Of a stretch of DNA of 64,000 nucleotides, positions 15,441 to 29,200 are shown piece after piece (within the stretch, counting starts at the first letter, position 1; each line of letters starts with the position of its first letter). Made by a program: the position numbers and the translations under genes. Location: assembly GCA_964016885.1 (NCBI GenBank), contig OZ024740.1, forward strand, positions 391,096,001-391,160,000, given 5' to 3'. The notes beneath the pieces are model-generated. The model was not told the DNA's origin and ran no database searches. It was given only the letters and a program-made list of their open reading frames with translations. Origin of the DNA: Eledone cirrhosa (Eukaryota).

Positions 15441-17202
15441 GATGGGTGAGGAGAGTATATGTATTAGTATATGTATGCATGTGTATCATACATATGTATG
15501 TATGTGTATATATATTTATATATATATTGATTGGAAGTTAAAAGTTTACACTGGTAAGACTATGTTCAGCCTAGTACTCGATACTTGAGAAGGTAGAGTC
15601 TATGTATAGCGAAAAGTTAGTGCCCAATGCCTAAACTCACACTTTTTCAATGACGTGTCCACTCGCTGTTGAAACAGCATGGGCTCAGCCACCAGACACT
15701 AACTTTTCATTATATATTTATAATATATATATATATATGGGTGAGAGGGTGTATGTATTAATATTTGTATGAATGTGTATCACACACATGTATACATATA
15801 TACATTATGTACACACACATGTATACATATATATATTATATATACACACACATGAGCCACTGAGGCTATGTTCCAGTTGCTTACCATAACCCTCTTTAAA
15901 AACAGGAGCTTAAATATTAAATAAAGGAATGCATAGGTACTATTATATGGCTAATTATCACAACTAAAACAAGTGCACACATATGCTAATGGATTTATAA
16001 TCATTATTATTGCCATTATCATTAAGGTACCACATGACCTTCTGTACCTGAACAGAGAAGGGAATAAATCACTATTGCTACACACACAGACCACACAAGA
16101 ATAAATTTAAAAAAATAAATTTGTGCACTCGGCTACTTACTGAACCATAACAACCTAACGCACATATGCACACACACACACATACACTCAGTCGCATACA
16201 ATTTTTTATCATTACTATCATAATTGTCATTATGATAGTGATGTTAATAGTATTAATAACGATTATTATTATTAATATTTTTGTTGTTGTTAATGTTATT
16301 TGAACATAGCAGGAAATAAAACCCTAGCTACACACACACACACACACACAATCAAAATTCCTGTACTTTTGAATTTTTGTTATTGCCACATGAAAAATAC
16401 CAACTGTCATTGACTATTGAATACAACAGGCATGAATTGATACTGGCAGAAAGTACCACCAAACTCGGTGCCTAATCACGTGATGACCTTCAGCCTATCA
16501 AATTATACTTTAAACACGAGTCACTTTTCTGCAAAAACTTGAAAGAACCATGACATTCCTGATTTTTGGTGTGAAAATACTAAAAAATTTGATGCCTAAT
16601 CACGTGATCTTCCTCAACCTATCAAACTGTATTTCAAACATATAGCAATTTAGCCACATTTTTTGCATAAAAGAAATTCCTAACATCAATTAAATGCAAA
16701 CTACATGTCAGCATAGCCACACATTTCTCCATCTCTCTTAACTTTTGAAAATTACGAAACTTGTGAAACCAATAAAGTTGTAAATCATTGTAAATAAACC
16801 TTAAAGACTCCAATTGCGTTTTCAACTTTTTTTCCTATATATATATACACACACATATATATGAAATATACATACATATGCATGTATGTATTTATATATA
16901 TATATATATATTGTCTGACACACATACACACATAAGGACCACTTAGCATAATTCATGATGGAAAAACTAACTAAAATTTAGCAATACTTAAATATTTAGC
17001 ACAAATAATGGGACTTTTTGAGGCGTGGAAGATCTGAGGAGAAGACAACAAAAGGACAAAACCTGATATAAAGACTCACTTAACTGTTGGCAGATTTACA
17101 ATAGCCACTAACCTTTTTGTTAATACTGCAATTATTTCTTTGGTGATCAAAATATATGGCAAGATTAACCTCTCTGAAGAATTCTGAGAATGTTTGAGGA
17201 TA

Positions 17203-17254
17203 TCAGGAGGCAGGTAGGACTGTAACATTGATATGTGATAAGTCCAACATATGC
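17203..17254 (-). CDS. RBM33: RBM33 last coding exon (HMLDLSHINVTVLPAS*)
   Basis: TTTCAG acceptor, TGA at 17203-17205; resembles the RBM33 C-terminus HMIDLSHINV. Confidence 0.93.
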
Positions 17255-20200
17255 CTGAAACATAAATAAAAGGAGTTTACAAACAAATGCTGACTGGTTG
17301 GTTGATTTTGTTAGCATGTTTAACTCTTTAGCATTTACATTATATTTACTATTGTATTTTAAAGGTAAACACTTTATTTCACATAATATCGAATCTACGA
17401 GATTTTGATATTTATTTTGAGAAACAATAACTTAACATAAGTATGAGCAGCCAGTTATGGCCAGTTTAAATGCTAAAGGGTTAAATATATACAAATGGAA
17501 ATATATATAATTTAATATGGTAGTGCAGGTGTTATAACATACATCCAGCCCACTCTGTAAAATGGTAGTACTGGCATCATGATAAAAACACATCCCACCC
17601 TTTAAAATGGTAGTCCCAGTGCCATGATAAGATGCACCCAGTACACTCTGTAAAGTACTAGTTCCAGTGCAACAATAAATCCACTCAGTACACTCATTAA
17701 AGTGGTAGTACAGATGCCATAAAATGCACCCAATACACTCAATAAAGTGGTAGTGCCATGATAAAATATTTGCAGCCCACTCATTGAAGTGGAAGTACTG
17801 ATGCCATTTTAAAACGCACCCAGCCCAAACCATAAAGTGGTAATGCGAATGCTATCATAAAATGCACTCAGTACACTCTTTTCCATGCATTGTTTCACAT
17901 TTCATTTCTCTTCAGATAAGGGCAAAGCAATAAGTTCTTCAAACATTTACGGATGTAAGTATTCAGACATATCACTATTGTCATATTCTAGAGTCTCTGG
18001 GTGTTTCAATACACACCCTCATCCAGGACACATCAGTGTCATACCATAGAGACCCTGGGTGTTACAGGTCTTACAATACACACCCTCATCCAGCTGACCT
18101 GAATATAGGATACATCATTCATGTTGTATCCTGGAGTCACTGGATGTTTCAGTGACTCAAGTCAGTCAAGTCTCAGCCTTTATCCAAGTGGTATACATAT
18201 TACTGACCTCCACCTGTTACATCTTTCTTTCCCAAACCATCTGGGTGTTCTCTGCTCTATGTTGTTCCTGATGGCTCATATCCTGCTCACACACAACACC
18301 TACAGTTTTGTAGGCATTACTAAGAGAACAAGCTGCCAATTTCCATCTGTTCTTGCAAACACCCCCACCAACACTTAATACTTTCCTAAACTCTTAAAAT
18401 TTAGCATCTTCAATTCGTTATTGGTGCCAACCTTTACCCATAGTCATGAATCTTGGATAATGACTGAAACAGTACGATTGTGAATACAATCAACTGAAAT
18501 GAAATTCCTCCATAGGGTCTTTGGAGTAGTTACTCAATAGAGTGAATAGCTTGGAGATTAGCGAGTCACTCCAGGTAGAGCCATAACTTCTCCAGAGATC
18601 ACAGCGCTGATACTATGGACATGTGGTTAGAATGTCTCAGGAAAGAATCGCTGGACAGATTTTATGGGCAAAATCAACCAACAGGAGACCCCAGAGGTAG
18701 ACCCCAAGCAAGATGGTTGGATAACATCCATGAGCTTGGCTGGTCTCGCTTGGGGCTCCAGACAGATCAGCTGGAGATGGTTGCTTCTGACAGGACCTGC
18801 TGGATGGAGTATTTGAGGACACTGCCTCCATGACCTTTTCTGAAATAAGTGGGTGAAGAAGATTTAAATACTTACCTGTGAAATTTTTTGAAGAATTTCT
18901 GTGCTTGGTCACCAGTCCTAAATCGTATCAAAGCTTTGCGCTGGCTTTTCAGCAGTTGTAATGACTAAGAAAATAGAGAGTAAAAAAGAAACACAAAAAA
19001 TATTTATCAATATGTTGCTTAGCTGTTAACCCTTTTTTACTATATTTCTTATAAAAGACAATGCCTATCATTTTCAAATTTGGAGAGATTTAGTAATATA
19101 AGTTTCACATTACTAAGCTGGTGTTTGAAACATAACTTACAGCAAAGGTCTCAAATACATGACCTGCGAGCCACATGTGTCCCACAAACTACTTTCCTAT
19201 GGACCATAGCAGAACAATTTGCGTGACTAATTAATGAAAAATTGTCCCTCCTACATTTTGTACTAATTCACATATCCCACTTACTATCATAGGGAAGAAA
19301 GAAAGAAAGAGGAAAAAAAAAAATAAAAAGCAGCCTATCAGTTGTATTGTAGCATTGTTTAAGGTGGAAATCATGACCTCCCCATCATCTCACTTTTGGC
19401 CTGCTGTGCCTCTTCCCCAGGATGTAATGACTCTTTTGAGTTCTTGAGTTTGAGACACCTGATTTAAAGGTTCTTACATAAAATTATGTTGGAAGGTTTT
19501 AGATAAATATAAACATTTTAAAACAGTTTTGTACTTTAGAACCAGGGGTGGTTTTAAATGAAGATGTGAATGGAGAGAGAGAGAGATAGTGAGAAAGAGC
19601 ACCTAAAGGCTATTGTCAACAAAAGTGTAAATAAAAACCCTTCTGATATCTGAAATCACTCCTGGTTCTATGATACAAAACTGTTTTGTTTTAAACTGTA
19701 TATATTCATTAAAAAAAGAAAAAAACTTTCCATCATAATTTTATTTAAGAGCCTTTGTTATATTTAAAACAGTCTTAATAATGAGAAAATTATATTACAA
19801 ACTCTCTCCAAATTCTTGATTATTTGAAAAATGTCAGCCAGTGTCTTTCATTAGAACTATGGCCCAACAATAACAAGTGTTTTAAGGCCATTATCCCTGC
19901 TAAAGGGATTAACTTTGTGGACCTAATGTCATGCTTCTTCATTTTGCCCTATTGTATGTATCCCTCCTCACCAACTTCAATTTACTCCTTCATCATCTTT
20001 AGCCATGTCTTCCTTTTCCTCTATCTCTTTCCACGTTTATTTCCATCACTTCCCACAACTAGCTGCCTTCATCCTTCAACACACAGCCAAATCATCTCAT
20101 TCCATTTCTCTTCACGACATTCATCACCGGCTCTATTCCTCTCACCTAGTCACTTTCATCCTTTCTCAACACATGACCCAACCATCTCATTCCATTTCTC

Positions 20201-23200
20201 TTCACAACAATCATCATAGGCTCTATTCCTATCATCCTCCGCTATTCATTGTTTTTCTACTTCTTATCCACTTGACCATTCCCACTTCTGTTTTTCCAAT
20301 CTACTCTGCTGCTCCATGTCGATACAGTGTGGTCAAATGGTTAAGAAATTTGTGTCAGTCATTAAATTCTAGGTTTGTCCCCACTCTGAGGTGTTGTGGG
20401 AAAGTGTCATTGCATTACTCATAGCCTCAAGTCAACCCAAGCCTTGTGAGTGAAATTGAGTAGACGGAAACTGTTTGGAAGCCCAAAGGATGGACTGCAC
20501 CTATAATTAAATGGGCCAGCCTTGCTACACACTTTGTCATGATCTTAGAATTATGTTAAAAGTACACATGTCTGAGGAATGCTCAACCACTTACACATTA
20601 ATTTCATGAGTAGGCTACTCCATTGATCAAACAACTGGTATACTCATTGTCAAAACCAACAAAGACCTATTCCTCACTCCCATAAATCATGGCATTTAGA
20701 AATAAGGGCAGAAAAGGGTTAAATAGAGTAAATTACAAATGAATGTTTACCTCCACATGTCCACAAGACTTTGCCATTTGGTGCATAGTTCTCTCAGTTG
20801 TAGAAGAAGAAAGATTGTCAACAGCAATCATGGTAGCTTTCTTTATCTTTTGATTACCATCTCCATCAATACGCTAAATAAAAACAATATATAATTATAT
20901 ATATAGTAGGCATTTTCTCATAGAATTACTTAAAAAGGCAAGAAATACATCACATGTGGCAGGGTGTGATACTTTGCATCTGTATTTTATTTTAACTCTT
21001 TGCATACCAAACTATCTGAAATTGCTTCTGGTTTTACGATACAAAGTTTGTTTTTAAATGTTTATATTTATCTAAAAAAAAAACAACCTTACATGTAAGA
21101 ACTGTCGTTAAGTTACGCCCTAAACACCAGCTTAATAATGAGACAGTCAGTTATATTACTAATTCCTTCCAAATTCTCGATTATTTTCTAAATTATTTGA
21201 AAATCATAGGTAGTCTATTTCATTAGAAATAAGATAACGAAAGGGTTAAATATCTATTTTTAATCTAAAAACCATTCATCATAATTCTATGTAAAAACCT
21301 TTAAGATGAGTTCCAAATACAATAAGGAGAAAGTTATTTTACTAAATATTTCCAAATTCTTGTCCACCTTGTATGCTGATCCAGTGCCACAACAAAAGCA
21401 CTCAGTCCATCCTGGAAGGCGGTTATGTTGGTGACATAAATAAAAGCACCCAGTCCACTATGTAAAGTGGTCATGTTGGTGACAACTTGTAAGATGAAAG
21501 TGCTGGTGACAAGACAAAAAGCACACAGTCAAGGTGGTTGTGTTGGTGACATGGCAAAAAACACTCAGTCCATTCAGTTAGATGGTCGTTTCTAGGAAGA
21601 AGTCGTAGACACCAAGCCAAAATACAGATCTGTATGAACATGTTGACCTCAGGACTTGACTTGTCTCATAATGTGACAACCCATCTAACCTATGATGGTG
21701 TGGGAAAATGGACATTAAACAATGATGATGATGATGATGATTGCCATCATATATAATTACCCACTTAACAAGATTATATAATTTTGCTAAGTTTCTACAA
21801 TATTTATAATTCTATCAGATATAAATTAAGAATAAAAAAAAAAAATATATATATATATAAGCACTTACCCTGCCTAAATTAGACTGGTCTTTGTTCATAG
21901 CCATATTTCCAGGAACTTTCCTCATAGACATAGGTCCTTGTGGACGCTGGGGTGGAACTTTACCCCGGCCCATTCCAGGATTCTGGAATTTCATTTGTCT
22001 GTCTTGATTTGAAAACACATTAGACCCTTGCATGTTCATTTGCCGATTGCCTATATTGTTAGTGTTTTGAGGAGTACCCATAGATTGACCCCCGACATTG
22101 GACTGGCTAACTTTCCTTACAAGAACCTTTTTAGCACTAGCAGTAGGTTGGCCCTTGCTAGTTACTGAACTCTTAATAACCTTTTTCAGGATTAGACGAG
22201 TTTTCTTCATTATTTCCTGCTTGGGAATGTTACCGTCCAATTGTTGGGAGAAATCTGGTGGTCCAGACCCCTGAGGAGGAAGCATAGACATCAGATGTCC
22301 CCCTCTACCAGGCTGCATTCCTCTGCCACGTGACATCATACCACGCAAACCACCTCGGCCTTGAGGCATTAAATGTCGTTGAGGATTCGAGGGATGCATA
22401 AAGCGCTGTTGTTGAGGGCAAATGGGCCTAAGCTGATCTTGTGGCATACGAGACTGATTAGGTGGACCAAGAAGGCGGGGTTGACCACGCATTGGCCTAA
22501 GTGCTCCCTGAGGTCCAAAATGTCGAAGTCCTGGCCGCATCGAAGGTCTTAAACCAGATGGTGAGGGATGCCTGAAAACACCAGGAGCCTGTTGCCTCAT
22601 ACCAACTGGCATGTGTGGTCGGAGAGGTCCTTGGTTTTGCCCAGGTCTTATTGGGCTGCGTAAACCCATTGGCCTTTGAGGACCTTGGGTTGGAGATTGA
22701 GGGTAGTTTAATAATTGTCCTTCAAAGTTTACATTATGCATTTGAGCTTGAGCATTTGGTGATGGCATACGGGGTTGCCCACAAAACTGCATTCGAGGGT
22801 TAAATAGTTTCATTTTTCCTCCACGCATAGGCCGTAAATAAGAGCCTCCATATTGTGGAGGTATAAACCCTCCTCCTTGGTTTGATTGTTGATTAAACTT
22901 AGAAATTAAGTTCTCATTACTACTTCTAGTCTGCTGGTCACCATGTTGCTCCTCTCCTGTCTTCTGTTCACTCTCTTTAGATATCATATCACGCTTGTTT
23001 TTCTTAAGTGTTGATATAGACTGGAATTGTTGATGTGGTGGGATATACTGCTTCTGGTAGAAATTCTTCTCTTCTTCAGATAGAATCACATTCCCACCAG
23101 ATTGTTGTTGATGGCGTTCAGACAATGCCTGATTAGTCTGTTGCCGAGAGTCCATCTTGTCTTTGTCTGGTTTTCCTGAAACACATGTTTTCGCCTGTTT

Positions 23201-26200
23201 GGCACCTTTGCCATGAAACTGCTGCTGTGAAGTGTTCTTAGTTGTTCCATCTACAACTGGACTACTCTGTAATGGTCTTTTACCCAAAAACTGTTGCTTC
23301 TTCCCAGCTTGTGGTTGTGACTGATATGACGTTATGGCTTTGTTAACTGCTCCAACCTTTTTCTTTGGTAAGGCTTCCAGTATATGAGCCTTCTGTTCTT
23401 CAGTTACATCAGCCAGTGTCAGACCTGGTCAATTGAAAACAAAGACAAAAAATAAGATTCAATACATGTAAATGAAGTTACTGATTATTTACACCAGTAG
23501 CTCACAAACTTCTCTCTACCAATAACCTCTTTAACCCACCATAATTACTTCCCTCCCAGACTGTTAAACAGCAAGAATAACAAAAAAACTTACAGAAGAA
23601 TAGATATCCAATAGTGTGTGTGTGTATTATGTTTTTAATAGAAAAGTTGAAATTGTTATATAGTGATATTAATAATCAAAAAAGAAATATGTTTAAGCTT
23701 AAAGATGAATGGATACCCAATAGAGTATATTATGTTTATAAGTACTTGAAATTTTGAACTTAGTTCATGGTGGTAATGTTGTAAAAGTGTTGTAAATCAT
23801 TGCCAAAATTCCAAAATTCAAAACCTACTTCCAACCTACTTGAGCATGTAAAGCAGGCATAAAATGATGATGATAAAAAATCTATGATCAAAACAAAATT
23901 TGTTAAAACAATTGACACTGTTGTTAAGTAAATTTATTTGGTGCCATATTTCTATAAATGTTTTCTAATCTAAATTTTTAATACCATGTGTATCCTGGTT
24001 TTTAGATTAGGCACACTGTATCCCTGCATGATGTTAGAAAGAACTGATGTCAGGAAGGGCATTGGCTGTTAAACGCAAGGCAAGTTTCTTTAACCTTGGA
24101 TTAACAAATGCCTTGAGTGAATTTAACAGATGGAAACGATATGAAGCCTGTCATATATGTGTATGCATGTTGTCAGAAATACAATATTGACACCTCTTAT
24201 AAAATCTGTGGTAACAGTTGTTTATTTAGCTATACCTAATATGAGAAGAAAGCAAAACAATATACAAGACTTTAATGTACCAGGTTCAGTTAACACAACA
24301 CAGTATACAAGACTGTAATTTACCTTGTTCAATTAACACAACACAATATAAAAGACTGTAATGTACCTTGTTCAGTTAACACAACACATTATAAAAGACT
24401 GTAATGTACCTTGTTCAGTTAATACAACACAGTGTAAAAGACTGCAATGTACCTTGTTCAGTTAACACAATATACAAGACAGTAACGTACCAGGTTCAGT
24501 TAACACAACACAATATACAAGACTGTAATGTACCAGGCTCAGTTAATACAACACAATATACAAGACTGTAATGTACCAGGTTCAGTTAACACAACACAAT
24601 ATACAAGACTGTAATGTACCAGGTTCAGTTAACACAACACAGTAAACAAGACTGTAATGTACCAGGTTCAGTTAACACAACACAGTATACAAGACTGTAA
24701 TGTACCAGGTTCAGTTAATACAACACAGTATACAAGACTGTAATGTACCAGGTTCAGTTAATACAACACAATATACAAGACTAATGTACCAAGTTCAGTT
24801 AACACAACACAGTATGCAAGACTGAAATGTACCAGGTTCAGTTAACACAACACAATATACAAGACTGTAATGTACCAGGTTCAGTTACACAACACAATAT
24901 ACAAGACTAATGTACCTTGTTCAGTTAACACAATATACAAGACTGTAATATAACTTGTTCAGTTAACACAACACAGTATACAAGACTGTAATGTACCAGG
25001 TTCAGTTAACACAACACAATATTCAAGACTGTAATGTACCAGATTCAGTTAACAGAACACAATATACAAGACTGTAAAGTACCAGGTTCAGTTAACACAA
25101 CACAATATACAAGACTGTAATGTACCAGGTTCAGTTAATACAACACAGTATACAAGACTGTAATGTACCAGGTTCAGTTAACACAACACAATATACAAGA
25201 CTGTAATGTACCAGGTTCAGTTAACACAACACAATATACAAGACTGTAATGTACCAGGTTCAGTTAACACAACACAATATACAAGACTGTAATGTACCAG
25301 GTTCAGTTAACACAACACAGTATACAAGACTGTAATGTACCAGGTTCAGTTAATACAACACAGTATACAAGACTGTAATGTACCAGATTCAGTTAACACA
25401 ACACAGTATACAAGACTGTAATGTACCAGGTTCAGTTAATACAACACAATATACAAGACTAATGTACCAGGTTCAGTTAATACAACACAATATACAAGAC
25501 TAATGTACCCGGTTCAGTTAACACAACACAATATACAAGACTGTAATGTACCAGGTTCAGTTAATACAACACAGTATACAAGACTGTAATGTACCAGGTT
25601 CAGTTAATACAACACAATATACAAGACTGTAATGTACCAGGTTCAGTTAACACAACACAGTATACAAGACTGTAACGTACCAGGTTCAGTTAACACAACA
25701 CAATATACAAGACTGTAATGTACCAGGTTCAGTTAACACAACACAGTATACAAGACTGTAATGTACCAGGTTCAGTTAATACAACACAATATACAAGACT
25801 AATGTACCAAGTTCAGTTAACACAACACAGTATACAAGATTGTAATGTACCAGGTTCAGTTAACACAACACAATATACAACACAGTAAAGTACCAGGTTC
25901 AGTTAACACAACACAGTATACAAGACTGTAATGTACCAGGTTCAGTTAACACAACACAATATACAAGACTGTAATGTACCAGGTTCAGTTAACACAACAC
26001 AATATACAACACAGTAAAGTACCAGGTTCAGTTAACACAACACAGTATACAAGACTAATGTACCAGGTTCAGTTAACACAACACAATATACAAGACTGTA
26101 ATGTACCAGGTTCAGTTAATACAACACAGTATACAAGACTGTAATGTACCAGGTTCAGTTAACACAATATACAAGACTGTAATGTACCAGGTTCAGTTAA

Positions 26201-29200
26201 CACAACACAATATACAAGACTGTAATGTACCAGGTTCAGTTAACACAACACAATATACAAGACTGTAACGTACCAGGTTCAGTTAACACAACACAGTATA
26301 CAAGACTGTAATGTACCAGGTTCAGTTAACACAAAACAATATACAAGACTGTAATGTACCAGGTTCAGTTAACACAACACAATATACAACACAGTAAAGT
26401 ACCAGGTTCAGTTAACACAACACAGTATACAAGACTAATGTACCAGGTTCAGTTAACACAACACAATATACAAGACTGTAATGTACCAGGTTCAGTTAAT
26501 ACAACACAGTATACAAGACTGTAATGTACCAGGTTCAGTTAACACAATATACAAGACTGTAATGTACCAGGTTCAGTTAACACAACACAGTATACAAGAC
26601 TGTAACGTACCAGGTTCAGTTAACACAACACAATATACAAGACTGTCATGTACCAGGTTCAGTTAACACAACACAATATACAAGACTGTAACGTACCAGG
26701 TTCAGTTAATACAACACAGTATACAAGACTGTAACGTACCAGGTTCAGTTAACACAACACAATATACAAGACTGTAATGTACCAGATTCAGTTAACAGAA
26801 CACAATATACAAGACTGTAATGTACCAGGTTCAGTTAATACAACACAGTATACAAGACTGTAATGTACCAGGTTCAGTTAACACAACACAATATACAACA
26901 CAGTAAAGTACCAGGTTCAGTTAACACAACACAGTATACAAGACTGTAATGTACCAGGTTCAGTTAACACAACACAATATACAAGACTGTAATGTACCAG
27001 GTTCAGTTAACACAACACAATATACAACACAGTAAAGTACCAGGTTCAGTTAACACAACACAGTATACAAGACTAATGTACCAGGTTCAGTTAACACAAC
27101 ACAATATACAAGACTGTAATGTACCAGGTTCAGTTAATACAACACAGTATACAAGACTGTAATGTACCAGGTTCAGTTAACACAATATACAAGACTGTAA
27201 TGTACCAGGTTCAGTTAACACAACACAATATACAAGACTGTAATGTACCAGGTTCAGTTAACACAACACAATATACAAGACTGTAACGTACCAGGTTCAG
27301 TTAACACAACACAGTATACAAGACTGTAATGTACCAGGTTCAGTTAACACAAAACAATATACAAGACTGTAATGTACCAGGTTCAGTTAACACAACACAA
27401 TATACAACACAGTAAAGTACCAGGTTCAGTTAACACAACACAGTATACAAGACTAATGTACCAGGTTCAGTTAACACAACACAATATACAAGACTGTAAT
27501 GTACCAGGTTCAGTTAATACAACACAGTATACAAGACTGTAATGTACCAGGTTCAGTTAACACAATATACAAGACTGTAATGTACCAGGTTCAGTTAACA
27601 CAACACAGTATACAAGACTGTAACGTACCAGGTTCAGTTAACACAACACAATATACAAGACTGTCATGTACCAGGTTCAGTTAACACAACACAATATACA
27701 AGACTGTAACGTACCAGGTTCAGTTAATACAACACAGTATACAAGACTGTAACGTACCAGGTTCAGTTAACACAACACAATATACAAGACTGTAATGTAC
27801 CAGATTCAGTTAACAGAACACAATATACAAGACTGTAATGTACCAGGTTCAGTTAATACAACACAGTATACAAGACTGTAATGGACCAGGTTCAGTCAAC
27901 ACAACACAATATACAAGACAGTAACGTACCAGGTTCAGTTAACACAACACAATATACAAGACTGTAATGTACCAGGTTCAGTTAACACAACACAATATAC
28001 AAGACTTTAATGTACCAGGTTCAGTTAACACAACACAGTATACAAGACTGTAATGTACCAGGTTCAGTTAACACAACACAGTATACAAGACTTTAATATA
28101 CCAGGTTCAGTTAACACAACACAGTATACAAGACTTTAATATACCAGGTTCAGTTAACACAACACAGTATACAAGACTGTAATGTACCAGGTTCAGTTAA
28201 CACAACACAGTATACAAGACTGTAAAGTACCAGGTTCAGTTAACACAACACAGTAAACAAGACTGTAATGTACCTGGTTCAGTTAACACAACACAGTATA
28301 CAAGACTGTAATGTACCAGCTTCAGTTAACACAACACAATATACAAGACTTTAATATACCAGGTTCAGTTAACACAACACGGTATACAAGACTGTAATGT
28401 ACCAGGTTCAGTTAATACAACACAGTATACAAGACTGTAATGTACCAGGTTCAGTTAATACAACACAATACAGTATACAAGACTGTAATGTACCAGGTTC
28501 AGTTAATACAACACAGTATACAAGACTGTAATGTACCAGGTTCAGTTAACACAACACAATATACAAGACTGTAATGTACCTGGTTCAGTTAACACAACAC
28601 AATATACAAGACTGTAACGTACCAGGTTCAGTTAACACAACACAGTATACAAGACTGTAATGTACCAGATTCAGTTAATACAACACAGTATACAAGACTG
28701 TAATGTACCAGGTTCAGTTAACACAACACAATATACAAGACTGTAATGTACCAGGTTCAGTTAATACAACACAATATACAAGACTGTAACGTACCAGGTT
28801 CAGTTAACACAACACAGTATACAAGACTGTAATGTACCAGGTTCAGTTAACACAACACAATATACAAAACTGTAATGTACCAGGTTCAGTTAATACAACA
28901 CAATATACAAGACTAACGTACCAGGTTCAGTTAACACAACACAATATACAAGACTGTAATGTACCAGGTTCAGTTAATACAACACAGTATACAAGACTGT
29001 AATGTACCAGGTTCAGTTAATACAACACAACACAGTATACAAGACTGTAATGTACCTGGTTCAGTTAACACAACACAATATACAAGACTGTAACGTACCA
29101 GGTTCAGTTAATATAACACAGTATACAAGACTGTAATGTACCTCGTTCAGTTAACACAACACAATATACAAGACTGTAATGTACCAGGTTCAGTTAACAC

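Noticed and set aside
21815-23287. 490-aa ORF as a stand-alone gene
   Set aside because: It is bounded by splice sites, stays open upstream to the acceptor at 23424, and fits in phase as RBM33 exon 14.
26481-27684. Two identical 61-aa ORFs as duplicated genes
   Set aside because: They are translations of satellite monomers, and their identity reflects the 1018-bp higher-order duplication.
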